Of a stretch of 21,574 bases of DNA, positions 7,110 to 16,900 are shown one piece after another. The notes below the pieces were generated by a model, which had not been told where the DNA came from, searched no databases, and saw nothing but the letters and a program-made list of their open reading frames with translations. The stretch's first letter is position 1, and the number at the start of each line of letters is the position of its first letter. Source of the stretch: a bacterium (GTDB lineage Bacteria > Zhuqueibacterota > Zhuqueibacteria > Oceanimicrobiales > Oceanimicrobiaceae). The position numbers and the translations under genes are program-made. The DNA is taken from NCBI GenBank assembly GCA_046757165.1, contig JBHHXT010000070.1:1-21574 (forward strand), in the 5' to 3' direction.

Positions 7110-8774
7110 CTACAGCTTCTCCGTAATGGTGACATAGATCTCCTCCCACTTCGAGTAGATCCAGTCGAGCTTGTGCTTGTAGTAATAGTGCACCATGATA
7201 AAGAAAATACCGTTGGCCAGGCCAAAGATGGTTGTCCACAGCGCTTCGAATATGCCGTTGCTCAAGAGCTGGATGGTGCTGCCAAAATCCGGCACGGCAG
7301 AGGTTTTCGACAACTGTTGAAAGGCGAACGTAATGCCCGTTACCGTGCCAAACAGACCCACCAGGGGAGCCAGCGCGCCATAATTCCAGAACCACTCGAT
7401 TCTGGATTTCCGTTTCAACGTCTCGATTTCATTGGAAGCACGGTCCTCGAAGGCACGTTTGACTTCCTCAGTCGGTTTGGACCACCGGTACCCATTCATG
7501 CGATGAATTTTGAGCCCGGCATGAATGATTCGGCTGGTAGGAAACGGACGTAGTCCTTTCTTGAGGTCGAGCACGCCTTTCCTCAAAATCCATTTGCGAA
7601 ATCTCGAGATCGCTTTCTCGTCGGTGATGACCGGCTCATAGATTTCCTCGATCAGCCGCTTCATATCCTCCTTGGGCTGAAAATCATACTTCGGCCCATA
7701 GCCACCATTGCTGCCGTTGGCACTCTCCTCCAGCAACAGCTCATGAAAATTGTCCTCGATCTTGATCACCAATTCCGTCAGCAAATCATCTGGTGATTTG
7801 TGCTTGCCATTGATGAAGTTGTCTTCGGGGTAGGAAATGATGTCCTCAATCGTGGCGATGGCACGGTCGCCATCATGGGTCCAGTATTCCATGCAGGCGA
7901 CATCCACCGAGGCCATTTTTTCGGTTGAACTCAGCGCGCTCGGAATGCTCTTGACGGCCTGATCCGCGACCAGTTTGCTCTTGGCCGCGATCATTTCCCA
8001 CGCCTTCAGCACAAATTTGAATTTGTTGGTCAAGCGGTTTTCGTAAGAGGAATCACAACTGAGAGACAGCGACCAGAAGACATTTTTGGCCGACCGCCGG
8101 TACGGAAATATGTTGCCGAGATAGAGTGTGCGCGAGGAATAGAACAGCAGAATCACACAACTCAACACAGCGGTGATAGACAAGAACATGAAGGCGAGTT
8201 TCCCAAGCGCGGTGGACTGGTCGTAGATATTCGCCTTGCCGATGGTGGCCAGTTGCCACCTGCCCGGATGGAAATAGTAAAAGAGTGATTTCTCGGCGAG
8301 CGCCGCATCTTTCGGGTCCTGGCCTTTGCCGATAACAATGGAGGCCATGGCGGACTCCGCCACGAGCTCGGAATTGGCGCCGTAGGCGCGCACCCTGAAT
8401 GAGAGGTGCTGACCGACCTTCATGTTCAGGAAATCGGCGTGGTTGTCCTGCTCGATTTTCCGGACCTGAGTCGCCGTTTTTGAATCTCCATCATACACAG
8501 ACACCTGGTATGTGAATGGGAGGTTCTTGGGGTCTTTGATCAACTCTCTTTTCTGGTCGTTGCTGACATCCTGAACTGTAATAGTCCAGCTTAGACGCAG
8601 ATCGACCGCGGTTGGCACACGCAACCAGTTCTTGTGTACTTTTTGATATTCAATGTCCTCCAGCACAACTTGATAATTTTTCGTAGCTGCGTCATTCTGC
8701 GCGGCCAGCCCCCCCGGACGACTTGTTGTCAATAAGATCAACACCCCCGCAGCAGCAAACTTTAGCCTTTTCAT
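7110..8774 (-). CDS. exbB: MotA/TolQ/ExbB proton-channel family protein, enlarged (554 aa) with signal peptide, FN3-like domain and long cytoplasmic insertion
   Basis: C-terminal channel motifs GALAPLVGLFGTVTGI and GIFEALWTTIFGL; TM1 at about aa 193-212; N-terminal signal peptide (LAA|Q). Confidence 0.88.
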   Translation of the reverse strand: MKRLKFAAAGVLILLTTSRPGGLAAQNDAATKNYQVVLEDIEYQKVHKNWLRVPTAVDLRLSWTITVQDVSNDQKRELIKDPKNLPFTYQVSVYDGDSKTATQVRKIEQDNHADFLNMKVGQHLSFRVRAYGANSELVAESAMASIVIGKGQDPKDAALAEKSLFYYFHPGRWQLATIGKANIYDQSTALGKLAFMFLSITAVLSCVILLFYSSRTLYLGNIFPYRRSAKNVFWSLSLSCDSSYENRLTNKFKFVLKAWEMIAAKSKLVADQAVKSIPSALSSTEKMASVDVACMEYWTHDGDRAIATIEDIISYPEDNFINGKHKSPDDLLTELVIKIEDNFHELLLEESANGSNGGYGPKYDFQPKEDMKRLIEEIYEPVITDEKAISRFRKWILRKGVLDLKKGLRPFPTSRIIHAGLKIHRMNGYRWSKPTEEVKRAFEDRASNEIETLKRKSRIEWFWNYGALAPLVGLFGTVTGITFAFQQLSKTSAVPDFGSTIQLLSNGIFEALWTTIFGLANGIFFIMVHYYYKHKLDWIYSKWEEIYVTITEKL

Positions 8775-8818
8775 AGCATCAACACCTCAATTTGTCGTAA
8801 TCATTAAGTAAGTAACGA

Positions 8819-10927
8819 TTATCTGTAATTGAATGTATAGAACTCTTCCATCAACGTGCCGTTGGAAAATGTTTTGATGTAAGATTTGATCATTTTCAAC
8901 ACCAGCGCATCTAGACTATCATACTGCTCCTTTCTCTGGTACTCAATCAAGTCTGTCAAAATGTGATTGCCATTTGTCAGGAACCGTGCAAGGTCGGATG
9001 TTGGGAAAAAGCGCGGAATCTTCGCGAATTCATCGATAAACTCTCCAGACCTCCTTTGTAGTGAGAGTTTGTACATCGAGGCCGCGCGCAAGAAAAGAAT
9101 TTCATCGCCAAAGGTGCAATCGTTGGTGATCGGCACGTAGATATGCTCCGGGAATCTTGAATCATTCATGTCGATGTCGCGCAGGCTCGCAAGGGCATCA
9201 TTGTAATTGCCTTCCAGAAAGAACATATGGCCCTGCAAAAACTTCGCAACGCTGCTGTGACTCAGTTTCTGCCGGATCACATTGATCGCGGCCGCCTCAT
9301 TGTCATTTGCATACAACGCATAGGCGTAAAGATAGCTGAGATAATCAGAGGCTGCCTGGTGCTTCTCACCGCTAAACTCACTTGAAAAATCAATCCTCCG
9401 CCCCCAGGATTTGCCGCCATCGCCGCTGACCGCCACTGCCAGCTCGTGATTTCCCGATAGAATCAGAGACTGGACGAAATAGAGGAAGGAGCGAAAGTAC
9501 GCCTCCCTGTCGATTTCCGACTTGCCGTAGTCCATCACCAGATGTCGGTTGGCCTCTTCCTGGTATCGCCGGGCTATCTGGTCAAATTTCCGGCCAGACT
9601 TTCGCAGCGGCACCTCATCGGTCCGCCTGGAATCCTGCTGCGTCCCCAGCTCCGCAAGGAAACTCAAATCTGCGCTCCGCAATGCCGCCTCATATCGGTA
9701 GGCGCGATTTCCAGGATTCTTGGCCTCACGAGCGTTTTTCAAGTAAAGAGATAGTCTATCCACATTCTCGAGGGCGCGTACGTCATGGCAGGCGGGGTTC
9801 TGAAACAGCGCATTGGCATTCAGGTACCAGTATCTTGCCGTGAATGGGTTGCGGTCGACAGAAAGTGAATAGCGCGCACCTATCGCATCGAAGCTGCCAC
9901 GGTCTTTCGCGTAGGTCCAATCTCCAGACGGCACCCAATCCTGATCGAGCAGGCTCTCGGGGCTGAAATGAATGCCAAATGTAAACGATTCATGTTTCGA
10001 GTTCACGCCGAATCGGAGCTGAACCGGCAGGCCCGCGTCGATGTAAGAGAGATCGTACTGGACCCCAAACATCACCTCTTTGTCGCGGCCGGGCGGCGTA
10101 ATGACCCCGTAGTCAAATGAGAGCACGAGCCCATGCAGTCGGCCAAAGGGCGGCGTAAAAGAGACGCCCAGAACGCCGTTTGCCGGTATCGGGTCCCCTT
10201 TCAGACCCGAATCGGATGAGAATCTGGAGCCATTGAAATCACGCAGTACGAAACCGGCGTTGAACAGACCTGAGAGATGCGCATACTTGAAGCCCACATC
10301 CAGAGTGGTGGCAGACCCGCTCAGGCCAAATACATCTTGCCGGACAAACTTGGTCGTAAGTCCCATATCGAGATCCCCTTTCAGGAACCTGGCCCAGTCA
10401 AACATCCCCGGTGGTGTGATTCTCTTCAGCACCATATTCAGCGGATAGGAAGCTGAAACATAGATGGCCGACTCCGCCACTGAATTTTGTGCCGGGTCCT
10501 CATCTCTGACAGCGTCGTCACCATAGACCTCGAACTCACCCAGCGAATGCCACACGACGCCGAGGCCGAGCTTGAGGTCCTGCAAGGTGTTGATCAACGA
10601 GCTGCCACCCTGGTGTTTGGTAAAAAACAAGCGCAACGGAATGGCGCCGCCCAGATAGTTGATCGACGCGCCCTCGCGCAAGGGCAGATGCATGAACATC
10701 ACCGTGCCGCCGATTTTGGAAAGCGCTGAAAGGCCGGCAGGATTCCAGTAAATGGCACTGGCGTCGTCGGAGATAGAAGTAAACGCTCTGCCCAGGCCCA
10801 GCGCCTTGGCCCCCACGCCCGAACGCAGGAATTCACCGGCCTGCCCGGCCCCGCCCTGAGAATAGGCCGGGATGGCCAGCAACGACTGAAGCCAAAGGAA
10901 AAGGATTAGTGCACGGTTGAGCATCAT
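8819..10927 (-). CDS. PorV-family (FadL-superfamily) outer-membrane beta-barrel fused to a C-terminal TPR-like region (702 aa)
   Basis: Signal peptide, then GQAGEFLRSGVGAKALGLGRAFTSISDDASAIYWNPAGL (PorV/FadL-type N-terminal motif). Amphipathic beta-strands run to about aa 358, followed by about 340 aa of helical/TPR-like sequence (AKFLQGHMFFLEGNYNDAL; FAKIPRFFPTSDLA). Confidence 0.82.
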   Translation of the reverse strand: MMLNRALILFLWLQSLLAIPAYSQGGAGQAGEFLRSGVGAKALGLGRAFTSISDDASAIYWNPAGLSALSKIGGTVMFMHLPLREGASINYLGGAIPLRLFFTKHQGGSSLINTLQDLKLGLGVVWHSLGEFEVYGDDAVRDEDPAQNSVAESAIYVSASYPLNMVLKRITPPGMFDWARFLKGDLDMGLTTKFVRQDVFGLSGSATTLDVGFKYAHLSGLFNAGFVLRDFNGSRFSSDSGLKGDPIPANGVLGVSFTPPFGRLHGLVLSFDYGVITPPGRDKEVMFGVQYDLSYIDAGLPVQLRFGVNSKHESFTFGIHFSPESLLDQDWVPSGDWTYAKDRGSFDAIGARYSLSVDRNPFTARYWYLNANALFQNPACHDVRALENVDRLSLYLKNAREAKNPGNRAYRYEAALRSADLSFLAELGTQQDSRRTDEVPLRKSGRKFDQIARRYQEEANRHLVMDYGKSEIDREAYFRSFLYFVQSLILSGNHELAVAVSGDGGKSWGRRIDFSSEFSGEKHQAASDYLSYLYAYALYANDNEAAAINVIRQKLSHSSVAKFLQGHMFFLEGNYNDALASLRDIDMNDSRFPEHIYVPITNDCTFGDEILFLRAASMYKLSLQRRSGEFIDEFAKIPRFFPTSDLARFLTNGNHILTDLIEYQRKEQYDSLDALVLKMIKSYIKTFSNGTLMEEFYTFNYR

Positions 10928-10977
10928 AACCCCGTTGTCAAGTTCCGTTCTGGCACCTCAGCGAAAGCAGCACCCCT

Positions 10978-13947
10978 TCACTGGCCGTGCTTTACGACCC
11001 CGATCTTGAACCGCGCCCTCGTCTTGGTGCCGATGCAAATATAGCCCCCGTTGGCCACCATCCTACCGTTTCCGTTTCGCCCGTCCCATATGAAATCCCG
11101 CGAGGTCTCTTTCTCGCGAATCGCTCTAACCAGATTGCCGAAAAAATCGTAGATCTTGATTTCCGTTTCCTGCGGGCTGTGCAGTCGAATCGTCACCCCA
11201 CCCTGCATCGGATTGAACGGGTTCGGATAAGCAAACATCGCCGGCAGCTTATCCTGCAGAAAAAACCTCAGATTGCTTGCCTCACTCTTGTTGCCAGCGC
11301 CGTCGACCACCTGAACAGAAAAGTCGATCCCGACCGGTCGTTTTGCGCTGGATTGAATTCCGTACGGAAGCATCTCATCAACGCGCGGCAACGAGTCCCG
11401 GAAGGCAACCGTTTGCTCCGGCAGATCGTTTTCCCGAATCACATAGTCCCATATCTCACCGTTTTGCAGGTCATGCGCGACCAGATGCAACCGGATGTCA
11501 GGGGAAAACACCCAGATCTTTCCCTTCAAGCTCTCCCCATCCGGCAAGGTCAGACGGTCGATAACTGGCGGCGAGTCATCCTGGACGGAAAACACCACCT
11601 TAGAAACCACGCGGCGCTGCTGGAAATCGATTCCCTCCAGCCAGTAGCAGTACCTTTGCCCGTCCCGCAGCTCATCGAACTCATGACACGTGAGAGACGA
11701 CCCGGGACTCTCGATGACAACAGAATCCTCTGCAACCAAGTCGCAGTTTGCGTCCAGAAAAACTTGCGCGGAAACCAGGGCACCCGAGATCCTCCAGCAC
11801 ACCTTATTTGACAACCCCTTCGTAAACTTCCGCATCGACTGAATCTCAATTCGTGAGCTTCCAACGTACTCACACCTGTCCCTTCCGCCATCAGTCTGAA
11901 CATGACCGACCGAGTCGAACGGTTGCACCTGGTAAGTGAACTGCCGACTGGGCGTATCGTCAGAAAACAGGTCTTCATATCTCAGGACGTTGGGTCCGAC
12001 GGTCGCAATCGTGCTATCTTCCCGCAACAAATGATAGCCAGCCAAACCACTGCAATTTCCCGGATCAGAGGATGCGCTCCACGTCAGCTCGATGCCATTT
12101 GCACTGGTTAGCTGCTCGCAGTTAAAGGTCTCGACAGAATCGGGTCCGGTATCGTCAAGCCGCAAGGTGATCTGACTCAATCCGCTTGGGTTGTCTGCGG
12201 CGTCGACAACCCACACGGACAGGTCGATCGGCACACAAGCCTCCGAGGTCAGGGGATAAGCCAAAGTGGTATCGATATGCTCGACGGTCGGGTCCAAAGC
12301 AAAGGTAGACTTTGGCTCTCCGTTCTCAAACACTTCGATCAATTTGATTTTCCCCGGTGAAAAATCCCGGGCGGCAATCTTGATGGCGATGTTTCGACGG
12401 TCCACCCAGTTTCGGTTCCCGAGCAGGATGCGGTTTTCGACCTGTAAGGTGCTGATTTCCGGAAACGAGGCATCCTGGATTGACGAGACCGTATCGGAAA
12501 AAACCGGTCTCTGCTGGCGGTCCTCTGCCTCGACCCAGAAGGAATAGGTGCTGCCATCAACCAGACCCTGGAATGTGAAGCACGTGTCTGAGACAGTGTG
12601 CCTGACAGCACTTTCGAAATCGCCATCGCGCGCGATAAAAACCGAAAAGGAGTCGATCTGCGAGGAACCGGTCCAGCAGACCTGGTTTGAATTGCCGGCT
12701 GTGTATTCGGGCTCCGGCAGGATGGTCAGGCGTGTAAACTTGTTGTAGGGACAATTGGCTGTTCCTCCCACCCGCTGGATCGTGCCAAGCGAATCAAATG
12801 GCTGAATCTGATAGACAAGCTCCATGTCCGGCGTATCCGCGGAGAAGTTATCGTCATAAAGTGTCTCCGACGGCGGCAGGATGGTGATGAGGTCACCATC
12901 TCTCGAGACACGGTAGCCGGCCAGGCCAATTCCTGTACCATCACTGGAGGCCGTCCAGCTTAGCCGGATGCTGTTCTGAATCTGCTGGCAGTTCAGCTCA
13001 ACGGCCCGGGGCGGTGAGGTGTCGATGTAGATGGTCACATGGGCTGCCGCATCTTCTGCTGGCTGACCGCCATTGCCGGCGAGCCGAAAATCTGGAAAAC
13101 GGCTTTCGGGCGTATGGCTCGCATCCCTGCCTTCGACGCGGAAGTCGTAGCATCCGTCGGGCAAGTCTTGCAGAAACATAACAGAAGCTGTCGGTGCGAA
13201 TTCATGGCCCAATGGGGTCAGATTGCCGGGAAAAACCGTATCCGCCACTATGCTTTGCCAGCCAGATTCCTGGCAACTGCGCCGGTACAAGAAGGCTTGC
13301 CAAACGCCAGCCTCGTCCTGCAACCGTGCGTTGACGCGAAATGAGGAGTAGTTCCACCAGTGCGGAACGGAGGTGGAATCCAATTGCGGAATCCGGATAT
13401 CCGCCACGCCCGGTGCCTGCGAGTCCTGAATCGACCAAACGGTGTCAGCATGGGGGCTGCAATGCAGCTCGAGCTCGCTGCTGTCTACAATAGCATCGCA
13501 CTTCAGTTTGCAGACTGGCAAGAACAAAGCGATGCTGTACGAATATTGATTGCCTTGCTGCAAACCGTTCATGGTCTCGAATTGTAACGAATCCACAGTC
13601 AAATCAACGGGTCTCGGGAAACTCAGCACATTATCATCGCCTGCGTTGCGGGCAAACGTAATCACAAACGGGCCCTTGACGCTGTCCGGAGGGAACGGCA
13701 GAGTGGCCACCGGCGGAAGTTGAAACCAAATCGTGTTCGAGGTGCCCTGGGTGTAGCGAGGCTCGGGGAGCAGCTTCGGGGCTGGCACATCCTCGATACA
13801 ACTGCTCAAATCGAGGCTGCGGAACGCCCGCAAAAACTCAGGCAGAGGAGTGTCACGCTTGTCCGTGGCCGATTGTGCCTGAAGCCACTGCGCAGGCAGC
13901 GCGACAGCAAGGATCATGATAGCTGTTTTGAGCTTGGTGTTGTGCAA
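10978..13947 (-). CDS. Secreted Cys-rich FN3/Ig-repeat protein with a T9SS-like/FlgD-Ig C-terminal domain (989 aa)
   Basis: TTG start with an AGGAG SD; signal peptide LQA|Q; FN3 motifs (LSWTASSD..GLAGYRVSRDG); C-terminus AYPNPFNP...IKIYDFFGNLVR...WDGRNGNGRMVANGGY...KIGVVK. Confidence 0.85.
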   Translation of the reverse strand: MHNTKLKTAIMILAVALPAQWLQAQSATDKRDTPLPEFLRAFRSLDLSSCIEDVPAPKLLPEPRYTQGTSNTIWFQLPPVATLPFPPDSVKGPFVITFARNAGDDNVLSFPRPVDLTVDSLQFETMNGLQQGNQYSYSIALFLPVCKLKCDAIVDSSELELHCSPHADTVWSIQDSQAPGVADIRIPQLDSTSVPHWWNYSSFRVNARLQDEAGVWQAFLYRRSCQESGWQSIVADTVFPGNLTPLGHEFAPTASVMFLQDLPDGCYDFRVEGRDASHTPESRFPDFRLAGNGGQPAEDAAAHVTIYIDTSPPRAVELNCQQIQNSIRLSWTASSDGTGIGLAGYRVSRDGDLITILPPSETLYDDNFSADTPDMELVYQIQPFDSLGTIQRVGGTANCPYNKFTRLTILPEPEYTAGNSNQVCWTGSSQIDSFSVFIARDGDFESAVRHTVSDTCFTFQGLVDGSTYSFWVEAEDRQQRPVFSDTVSSIQDASFPEISTLQVENRILLGNRNWVDRRNIAIKIAARDFSPGKIKLIEVFENGEPKSTFALDPTVEHIDTTLAYPLTSEACVPIDLSVWVVDAADNPSGLSQITLRLDDTGPDSVETFNCEQLTSANGIELTWSASSDPGNCSGLAGYHLLREDSTIATVGPNVLRYEDLFSDDTPSRQFTYQVQPFDSVGHVQTDGGRDRCEYVGSSRIEIQSMRKFTKGLSNKVCWRISGALVSAQVFLDANCDLVAEDSVVIESPGSSLTCHEFDELRDGQRYCYWLEGIDFQQRRVVSKVVFSVQDDSPPVIDRLTLPDGESLKGKIWVFSPDIRLHLVAHDLQNGEIWDYVIRENDLPEQTVAFRDSLPRVDEMLPYGIQSSAKRPVGIDFSVQVVDGAGNKSEASNLRFFLQDKLPAMFAYPNPFNPMQGGVTIRLHSPQETEIKIYDFFGNLVRAIREKETSRDFIWDGRNGNGRMVANGGYICIGTKTRARFKIGVVKHGQ
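11257..13023 (-). repeat. Intragenic tandem duplication of a ~290-300-aa three-domain unit (aa ~309-597 and ~598-897), visible at protein level
   Basis: LNCQQIQNSIRLSWTASSD/FNCEQLTSANGIELTWSASSD; FSADTP..YQIQPFDSLG/FSDDTP..YQVQPFDSVG; SNQVCW/SNKVCW; SIQDASFP/SVQDDSPP; IDLSVWVVDAADN/IDFSVQVVDGAGN. Confidence 0.85.
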
Positions 13948-13977
13948 AGTCAGGCTCTCCTCTCGGTCCTAATCCCT

Positions 13978-16900
13978 TCACTTGACCAGGATCATCTTCT
14001 GTGAGGCGATGAAATCATGGACGCGGATTCTGTAAAAGTAGACACCACTCCCGACGATGTTGCCGCGATCATCGCGTCCGTTCCACACGACCGAATAATG
14101 AGACGGTGGTTTTTCTTCATCCACCAGGGTGCGAATTCTCTGGCCGGCGATGTTAAAAATCTCTATCACCACTCGCGCGACGCCTGTTTCAAGAACAGGA
14201 ATCGCATAGCGAATGGTCGTTGACGGATTGAACGGGTTAGGATAATTTTGTTGCAAAGCAAATTGCAGTGGCAAGAGCCCCATACTCGCCACACCAAAGG
14301 TTGTCAGCAGGCCGTTGCCTGTCAGATCACAGAAAAAAGTATCGGACCAGGCGCTTTCGATCTCTCCTGCCCGCGCCTTCACCCGCCAAAAGATGCCATC
14401 CCACGGCACGGTGAAATTGTAACACAGCGTGTCTAACGGGCCGGCGGTTTCGTTGGTCAGGGCGTTTCCAAACAAAGAGGCGAAACGCGCTCCTTCTACA
14501 AAATAGAAAATATCAAGATCCTCGACGCTGCCATGGGCGGCCTGCCAGCAGACCGTCGTGTCGTTCAAACACCAGCCGGAGTCCGGCGCGCTCACCGTGT
14601 GAGGCACCGTACAGCCATTCGACAATTGCTGGCGATTGCCAACACTGTCGACACCGTAGATGCGCCATTCAAGGCCTAAGAAGGTCTCATCAGTCGCAAT
14701 GTTGCGGTCGACAAATGTATGCACCGACGCCCGGCTGGTGTCGGCTGCAATAACCGAATCATCCCTGGCAATCTGATAAAACCAAACGCCGCTACAGTTG
14801 TCGTTGACATCCTGCCAACTAATGTGGACATCAACCTTGCCCGGGCCGCCGAAAAGCGGCGCTTTGACCGAATCCACCACACACGTCGCGACCAGCGGTG
14901 GAATTTCGTCATAGTTCCCGGCAAGCGAGCCCAGCTCCGGGTATTCCGTGGACCACGGCGAAATATGCCCCCATGGGTCCTTTGCCCTGATCCTGGCATA
15001 AAGTCGAACATTCTGATCGTTGACAAAATTGTAGTCTGCATCGCGCTCAAAGGTATAGGAACGACTCAAACTGAGCCGCCTCTCACTGACCATGGGCTCG
15101 AAATTCGCATCAATGCTAAGTTGTACAATGACGCTATCGGCACCGAAACTCTCATCGCCCGGCACCAGGTTATCATCAACCCAGGCCCATTCGATGGTGA
15201 CGCTATCGCGAAAGCACTGCGGCGTAAACTTGACAATGTTGGGCGTAAAAACCCAACGCGGGCTAAAACTGGCGGTTTTCGTGTCACCAGTCGGAGAATG
15301 CTGTCCCAGAGAGTCAATCGCGATCACATTGAACCCATACGTTTTGGAGATATCCAAACCCTGCACCAGGATCGTATCCGTAGCTTGCACATGAAAGGAA
15401 TCAGCCACAGGTGCGAAGTCGTCGGTTGCGTATTTGATCAAGAAGGTATCTACGGCATCCAATGTATCTAACCAGGCAACAAAGACCCTGCCTGTGGCCG
15501 AATCGGGGTGCACGGGCAAAGCTTGTACTTCGAAAGATACTGGCGGTGGTAGATTCTTGAAAGGGACAATAATTGTACCAGACCAGCCGCTTTCAAAAAT
15601 ATCCGAGCACGCCTGCCCCAGGTCATCGAGGATGATTTCCTTGACCGTGAAAAAATAATTGTGCTTCGGCTCCGGACTTATCAGGGTGTAGCAGGTGCTG
15701 TTGAAGGTCGTTGCTGAATCGATAGGCTGGGGGGAAACGGAATCCTGGTAGACGAGCACGATGGTCTGAAACATATCGTCTTCCTTGACGCGTGGCGTCG
15801 GCCGGGTCCAGCAGACCGCGATACTGTCATCATACACCCGGCTTTCTACAATTGTGGGAGGATGATTGGAGTACTGCGACACCACTGTATCGTCGCTCGA
15901 GACCAGGCCAAAGCAATCCCATGCCCGAACCATGTAAAAATTACACTGGTAACCCACCAGGTTGTCCTGTTCAAAGTCATGCACCCACTGTGTGACGTGA
16001 CCCGGAAGCACCGCTTTTGGCGCGTCCGGGGGCGCTTCGCCTTCCTTCCACGTAAAAACCTCGAACCGCTCAATCTCCATCATATCTGGATGGGACCAGC
16101 TCAGCATAATGTCGCCGCTCGGCTTGCTATCCTGAGCAGCCGTTAGATTCTGTACGCCTTGTAGCGTGACCTTTCTTCGTATCGTGATCGTGTTGGAAAA
16201 AATCGTCGTATCGCGGTTGGCATAGAACGCGCGAACGCGAATATCATACACCCCGTCCCCGGCGTCGAGCGGGCAGGTCACCTCGGTGACCTGCGTGTCG
16301 AAGAGAATCTTGCTCTCCTTGGAAGAATCCGGTTTGCGCACTTCGACTTCATAGCCCGAAATGTCGGTGTTGTTGAACTCTTGCCAGAAAACCGTAATGC
16401 TGTCGCTCGTGATGCGGGTCGGACCGGCGGGACAGGTCATGATTTGCGTGGTATCATATTGAATGGTCGGACCGATAAGGGCGCGGATACGAGCCTGATG
16501 GGATGAGTTGTCAGCGCTTCGAATGTTGCTGACATTGTCGACCGAGCCGACCTTGTAGAGAACGATTTTGTTTGCGCGAAAATTGGACAGCGAATCGCAG
16601 TAGCTGGCCTGGCTGCCGTCCACCGTATCGATGGCAGAGAACCCTTCATCTGCGCCCTCATCTTTGCGATAGATGATGAAAGACTTGACCCCGCTAACGA
16701 GGTCAGTTGCACCGCTCCATGACAACTGGTTACACCCCTTGTTGCCATTGTCGAAACGAATAGATTCAACGCTCAAACTGGCGACATCATCCGGAGGGAA
16801 CGCGTCCGGAATCGCGTCCACAACCTGTGACCATACGCTGGTATTGCCAAAGACGTCCTTGGCACGTATGCGGTAGAAATACTGCTGCCCGTTGACAAAA

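Noticed and set aside
7108..7395. 96-aa N-terminal extension of the ExbD ORF in the ORF track (6517..7395)
   Set aside because: It overlaps the conserved 3' end of exbB in another frame. ATG 7107 sits 2 nt after the exbB stop and gives a normal ExbD N-terminus.
5338..8774. Reading exbB-exbD-exbD-tonB as an ordinary iron/nutrient uptake or Tol-Pal locus
   Set aside because: There is no TonB-dependent receptor, tolB or pal in the window, and the subunits have atypical extra domains. It is not fully excluded, because receptors could be encoded elsewhere.
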